Source: Glycera tridactyla
Taxonomy: Eukaryota
DNA length: 64,000 nucleotides
Assembly: GCA_965644265.1 (NCBI GenBank)
Contig: OZ286461.1
Span: forward strand, 114,886,001-114,950,000
Reading direction: 5' to 3'
The notes below the pieces were generated by a model. That model searched no databases, had not been told where the DNA came from, and worked only from the letters and a program-made list of their open reading frames with translations. The translations under genes were made by a program, and so were the position numbers. Below, one piece after another: positions 62,358 to 64,000 of this stretch (the first letter of the stretch is position 1; the number at the start of each line of letters is the position of its first letter).

Positions 62358-64000
62358 TGTTTTGAATGATCAGGGATACTATCAATCGGTACAGAAAGGG
62401 GAATGATCAATAAGGTGGGCGACCTTAGTCGCCCATTCGGCCAGTTTTCTCTATCGATAGAACTGTTTTGACATTGAGATTAGTTGCCTATATTGCAAAG
62501 ATCATTCCAAAAAATGTCAAAAGTTGATGCCAGTGCTCAGATTGCAGTAGTCATATGGATATATATGCAACGCTCATGCCATGAGGACATTTTCAAAGCA
62601 AATTCTCGCAAAAGTAGATACCAGGAAGGCTAGATATACCGCTGTGCGAATGAACAGGGCCTTCCAGGTTAGAACACCTCTACTCGTGACAGTCATGTTT
62701 GCCTGGGTGAATTAGATTCACAGTCATGCCGCAGGAGCAAGTCCTTATTGCAGGCTGAGCATCCCAAATTACCAGCTAAAAATTGCTCACGGCGTCTTCA
62801 AACAAAGCACAAATTATTGAATATAGTCCTCATTTAGCCTAGGAGTTTTCCTAAAGATCCTAGGAACCTTCTCCCCCCCCCCCTCCATGTTGAACAGCCT
62901 TGTGTTGGCACACCCATCTACATTCCAGTACGACATTGAGATTGCAGATTTGAACATTTTGTAAACATTACTGTTTTAATTCTACATTTGCGAACACCAA
63001 GCAACCCATGTTGAGACAGCTTTGACTGAATCCCGATAGATATTGATTCAAATTGAATCAAATACTGATGGGGGGTAATCATGTGTGATGAGTGGGGGTT
63101 TCTCTCAAAATCCTCGATACGGTGAAATTAAGGAGATCTCAGGTGGATATCTGAACATTCTGCGCCTATTCAATCCAATAGCAAGAATATTGTGCTGATT
63201 TTTCTTCACGGTATGAACATTTTGCTGATCCTTTGATCTCATGAAGATTAAGATCGTTCTTCGATCTATTCGATTCAATTAACATTCTGATTGGTCTCTG
63301 ATGTAATGATTATTCTGCTGATTATTCTGCTCGGTCATTGATCTCAGGGACATACTGCTGATTTCTTGATCTAATGAACATCTTGCTGATTGTTCTATCC
63401 TACCCCCTTATAGAAGAAGCAAGCCTAGTTTATCTGGTATAGCCCAGAAAACATCTTGAATGATTTGAAATTTCTCCTGAAGCATTCCAGTCGCAATGTA
63501 GACCTGGATGTTTCGGAGATGTGAATAGAAAATTTACTAGACAATGTCCTTTTGTCTCTCAGCATGTCGAGGGAGATTGGATTAGCCAAGCATGGCCGTT
63601 GCTGAATAAGGCGACAGAGGCCATCATCCTGTGAATGTATGCGCAGGGGGAAGTACTGTTCTACTTTCTGACCGCCTTACGATCGTGTGAGGATAAGTTG
63701 GCCTATTCCCTTCTAATTGCTGAACCAAGGGTCACAGGCACCTCACAGGCATACATATCATATGCTGGGAAATCACATGAAGCATCTCTCTCCACCATCC
63801 CTTAAGATACTTTCGAGAGTAATCTCATTGTCAGAAAAAAAAATTGGTTGGCTTCATAAAGAGGATGGCTTCATACAACGATACTGGTTTAGGTTTATCA
63901 GCCAGGTCTAGATGATGGGCTCAATCGACAAAATAATTTGATTTTTATGATGCCTCGTTTTCAGGTTTCATCCACATCAGGCAGACTGAATCACGATCAA

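Overview
This is eukaryotic DNA, most likely from a marine invertebrate (inferred from the repeat families). It is intronic/intergenic-like, rich in microsatellites, and has 11 short N gaps next to low-complexity tracts. No rRNA, tRNA or CRISPR locus is supported, and no host gene could be named. The main feature is an intact single-exon ORF (51133-53100, minus) encoding a DUF3504/KIAA1958-like, Crypton-type tyrosine recombinase with a full R-K-HxxR-H-Y catalytic set and an extra N-terminal beta-barrel-like segment. It sits next to a perfect 13-3-13 palindrome (53423-53451) and several other hairpins. The same 13-bp arm recurs 4.1 kb away (49292-49304), beside a ~130-bp branched cruciform. The window also holds a decayed Academ-type DNA transposon (15904-18686) with 17-bp TIRs, a TTA TSD, a degenerate transposase C-terminus and a ~177-bp subterminal array carrying CTCF-like motifs. 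Other content: a 22-copy 53-bp minisatellite grown from a MITE end, pogo/Tigger-like MITEs, two SINE-like families, a second MITE-like family, a LINE relic, a ~5-kb microsatellite-free block (about 5-10 kb) that may hold a second, decayed recombinase, and a few unassigned candidate exons.
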